DNA of 64,000 nt. Origin: Dehalococcoidia bacterium. GTDB taxonomy: Bacteria; Chloroflexota; Dehalococcoidia; Lucifugimonadales; UBA3495. A program made the position numbers and the translations under genes. Positions 61,281 to 64,000 of the stretch are shown in pieces; positions within the stretch are counted from its first letter, which is position 1, and each line of letters starts with the position of its first letter. The stretch is from positions 98,643 to 162,642 of the forward strand of contig JASLXV010000069.1 of NCBI GenBank assembly GCA_030740155.1. Reading direction: 5' to 3'. The notes below the pieces were generated by a model. That model ran no database searches and was not told the origin of the DNA. It worked only from the letters and a program-made list of their open reading frames with translations.

Positions 61281-63152
61281 TTACGCTACCTCCTCCGGTT
61301 CCACATCTTCGACCTCTGGATCAGCATCCACTTCCTGTTCGTTGGTCCCTTGGTCTTCTACCACGGCTTTTCCCATAGCATTGGCCACCAGCGATACAAG
61401 GGAACTTTGTCTAGCCTCGTAGAACGCCTCGAAATCGTCATTCCTCAGATGCTCAGGCTCAATCAGATGAGTACGCAGAATCTGGTCCAGGGCTTCGGGA
61501 TCCAATCCCTGCTGTTGTTCAATCCGTTTCAGGTATTCCGACGGGGCGCGACCGCCTATTATGATATTGGAGCGCTTGGAGAGAGGCGTCTTGTTGATTA
61601 TCGAATTAAAAACCTTCTCGGGTATCCTCTGTTTATTGCACCAATCTCTAGGAAAGACGTGATGAATGTCGATGTTCTCTACAAAGAACGTCATAATGTC
61701 AGTTGGCTTTCCGGTAATGAAATCTAGGCAACCATTTTGCATCAAGAGAGCGTGGAGCCCTTTATAAGCAGCCGAAATGCGAATCTGGAGCGACCTCAGT
61801 CGGCTACGCTGGAACAATGCTTCATCTATGGAACGTGGTTTGTCTCCAGTCCCAGAGATCCAGTCCACTAGCTGCGGCACATCCCGAGCGATTCGCGTGT
61901 CAGTTGCCGACCCGTATAGTTCGCCGAAAGTAACATTCCAAAACCACAGGGCAAGTTTTTCTTTGGCGGCATGAGTCTCAGCGCCATGCCCGAGAATAGC
62001 GAATGTCGATGCCAGCGCCATGACTTGAGGTGGATACGGCACGTCCCGGTTCCAGATAATCTTCAACTCATTTAGAAAATTACTGGCTTCGATGAATCCT
62101 TGCTCTACTGAATCTGCATGCTTGCGGTAGGCTTCCAGTGGCAATGCCAGCAATGCATTTCTACGGCAGGTGACTTGCGGTAGATCGCTGCTTGGAGCGC
62201 CTTGGTTGGCTTTGGCAAGCCGCTGTTCACGGCTGTAGAGCAAAGTGCAAGCTTGTAGAAAATCCGTGCTAGCTGTTTTTGTCAGAACGTCCCGTCTATT
62301 CGGCGAACCAATCATATTGGCCCGCCGACCTGGCTTGGGCGGTTCTTGGGATCCGCCCCAGTCTTCCCTCAAGTCAAACTTGTGGGCGGCGTAGACAGCA
62401 GTAAGCAATTCAAATGCATCGAGTTTCTTCCCGCCGACGTTGACCTTCTCGAAGACCAAACAGATGGCTTCTCGACTATTGTCTTTGTCCAGCTTTATGA
62501 TCGGCATCTCATAACGCTCGATCCGCTCCAATACCCCTTTGTAGAAATCACGATCAAGGATATTGACCTCTGACTCCCGTCCATTATCCTTCCAGTAATC
62601 CCGCCATTCGAAGAACCAATCGCGGCTATCGAAGGCCTGATTCAGGGGAAATAAATCATTTTGGAACTCTGACTCCCGAGTTGAGACATCGAGTTCAATC
62701 GTCTTGCCAAAGTTGGACCGTACGATCTTATCTTCCGGGACTCCAATAATTGCGTCCCCAATGTCCGCTTCCGCCTCAAGCGCCTTTTTTATATTTATGT
62801 AGTAATACCTCTGAATTTTCGTGTTGCGGGAGGTCTTAGTTTGAGTTGGACGCTTGGAATACATCGTTTGAAACAACGATGTCATTCTCTGTTGGCCATC
62901 CAGTAAAAGCTCGACAGGCTTCACATTTTTCGCATCAACACCGGCGATGAGACGTGGTCTGAAATCAACCTGACCACCGGTTTGCAGCGTTAATAACGCG
63001 CCGATGGGATAGCCCTTGGCAACAGAGCCGATGAGGTTTCTTACGTCGTCATCATCCCAGATGTAGTCCCGCTGGAAATCCGGGAGTTGCAAATGCCCGG
63101 CATCTATGTCCTTGAGCATATCTTTGAGGTCTTTTTTCGTTGAATCAAACAT
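61281..63152 (-). CDS. DUF262 + HNH (DUF1524-like) GmrSD/SspE-family nuclease, putative type IV restriction/defence
   Basis: LPDFQRDYIW, GYPIG, LLDGQQR, FEKVN.GG..L; C-terminal DIHHVFP...NSIINKTPL...N. Confidence 0.88.
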   Translation of the reverse strand: MFDSTKKDLKDMLKDIDAGHLQLPDFQRDYIWDDDDVRNLIGSVAKGYPIGALLTLQTGGQVDFRPRLIAGVDAKNVKPVELLLDGQQRMTSLFQTMYSKRPTQTKTSRNTKIQRYYYINIKKALEAEADIGDAIIGVPEDKIVRSNFGKTIELDVSTRESEFQNDLFPLNQAFDSRDWFFEWRDYWKDNGRESEVNILDRDFYKGVLERIERYEMPIIKLDKDNSREAICLVFEKVNVGGKKLDAFELLTAVYAAHKFDLREDWGGSQEPPKPGRRANMIGSPNRRDVLTKTASTDFLQACTLLYSREQRLAKANQGAPSSDLPQVTCRRNALLALPLEAYRKHADSVEQGFIEASNFLNELKIIWNRDVPYPPQVMALASTFAILGHGAETHAAKEKLALWFWNVTFGELYGSATDTRIARDVPQLVDWISGTGDKPRSIDEALFQRSRLRSLQIRISAAYKGLHALLMQNGCLDFITGKPTDIMTFFVENIDIHHVFPRDWCNKQRIPEKVFNSIINKTPLSKRSNIIIGGRAPSEYLKRIEQQQGLDPEALDQILRTHLIEPEHLRNDDFEAFYEARQSSLVSLVANAMGKAVVEDQGTNEQEVDADPEVEDVEPEEVA

Positions 63153-63356
63153 TGGAAGAAATCTCCCCGGCTTCGACTCGCACAGATTGATTAGCTCGTC
63201 GGACTTTGACTGAATCTGATAGGCGTCGGCAAACTCTGCTAACCGCCTCGACCGAACTGGCCCAGGTTATTAACCACTGGTACCCAATCGGTTTCCGTGG
63301 TGGCTTGTTTCTCCCCGGCGTCTTCCCGACGGCACCCCTTAATCTAGACTATGAGA

Positions 63357-63452
63357 TTAAAAAGGTCGGCGTGTCCATCCAACCTTTTTGACGGCGTTAT
63401 AGTCCCCCATCAGCTTTGCCAGGGTGTACAAGAGGCCTCTGAATCCTGCCAT
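63357..63452 (-). pseudogene. Truncated/rearranged second copy of the cationic small protein
   Basis: GGGAGG SD; MAGFRGLLYTLAKLMGDYNAVKK then unrelated VGWTRRPF*. Confidence 0.7.
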
Positions 63453-63796
63453 GTCATCCCTCCCTTGTGTTGTACCATGCGTCGCGTTTGGGCTACGCCC
63501 AGCCTACCCCCTTTGTTAGGTTTATCTTTCATCCTCCCCAGCATAGCCCTTTATTGGCCTGCCGTCACCGCTTTACTAAGTAAAACCTCCGGGGTGTGCT
63601 GTCGGTTGGTTGCATCATGGACATTACGAAACATTCCGATTAGGATTGTAGCACCAGCGGAGCCTTGTGTTGGTCAGGATATGTTATTGGTTTTCAATTC
63701 GCCGTAATCTAGTTGATTTCATTAAGTAATTAGCTTTGCAAGAAACCGGTTAGTACACATTGGAATTCCTGAGTGGACTAGCTGCGAGGCTAAGGC

Positions 63797-63991
63797 ATGG
63801 CAGCAACAAAGCCCTCCAATCCGATGGAACTACTCGCTCTTTGGGCCAAGACCTCCCGCGACTATCCGGACGTGCATCATCCTTTGTTGTTCCACATGCT
63901 CGACGTCGGGCTTGTCGCCAGGTGTTGGCAACCAGCACAAATGGGACAGTTTGGGACCCGAGAGATCAGAGGTGTGGAAGAGCTTGGGTGA
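63797..63991 (+). pseudogene. cas3: N-terminal fragment of a CRISPR-associated Cas3 HD nuclease domain
   Basis: LWAKTS...HPLLFHMLDVGLVA..W is the typical Cas3 HD N-terminus; frame stops at 63991 before the HD motif. Confidence 0.65.
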
Positions 63992-64000
63992 GCTGCCTGA

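Noticed and set aside
61140..63385. Integron cassette (GTTGGAT at the truncation point of the peptide copy fits GTTRRRY)
   Set aside because: No matching RYYYAAC inverse core or attC palindrome after the DUF262 gene, and no integrase seen
63460..64000. CRISPR array near the cas3 fragment
   Set aside because: No regularly spaced 25-40 bp repeats here or elsewhere in the window

Overview
GC-rich bacterial chromosomal window. Gene content (LLM/F420-type oxidoreductase, CaiB CoA-transferase, MmgE/PrpD, tungsten AOR, several molybdo-hydroxylases, DinB and MFS paralogues) suggests Chloroflexota/Dehalococcoidia (SAR202-like); this is inference. Left half: CoA-transferase cluster interrupted by an AT-richer RHH-like gene, MoaD-AOR, a GlpA-type oxidoreductase trio, MaoC-plsX-fabG, pyrR-pyrB with an intact PyrR attenuator, tandem DinB and tandem MFS genes, and a PAS/GAF hybrid kinase. 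The most striking region (36.7-45.8 kb) holds two selenoproteins that the ORF track splits at in-frame TGA codons: a UGSC-family protein (U-G-Y-C) fused to its usual partner domain, and a glycine/betaine-reductase protein-B homologue whose UxxCxxC motif has become UxxGxxS, with a SECIS-like hairpin 11 nt after the UGA. Its partner subunit lacks the pyruvoyl-forming Cys, and no grdA/C/D is present in the window. Next come two tandem xanthine-dehydrogenase-family enzymes, an aminotransferase IV and a hydantoinase/oxoprolinase pair. At ~60.8 kb a tRNA 3'-end fragment (att site) starts an AT-richer island with a DUF262/HNH (GmrSD-like) nuclease flanked by two copies of an unannotated cationic small-protein gene, and a truncated Cas3-HD N-terminus. 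All calls come from reading motifs by eye; no searches were run.
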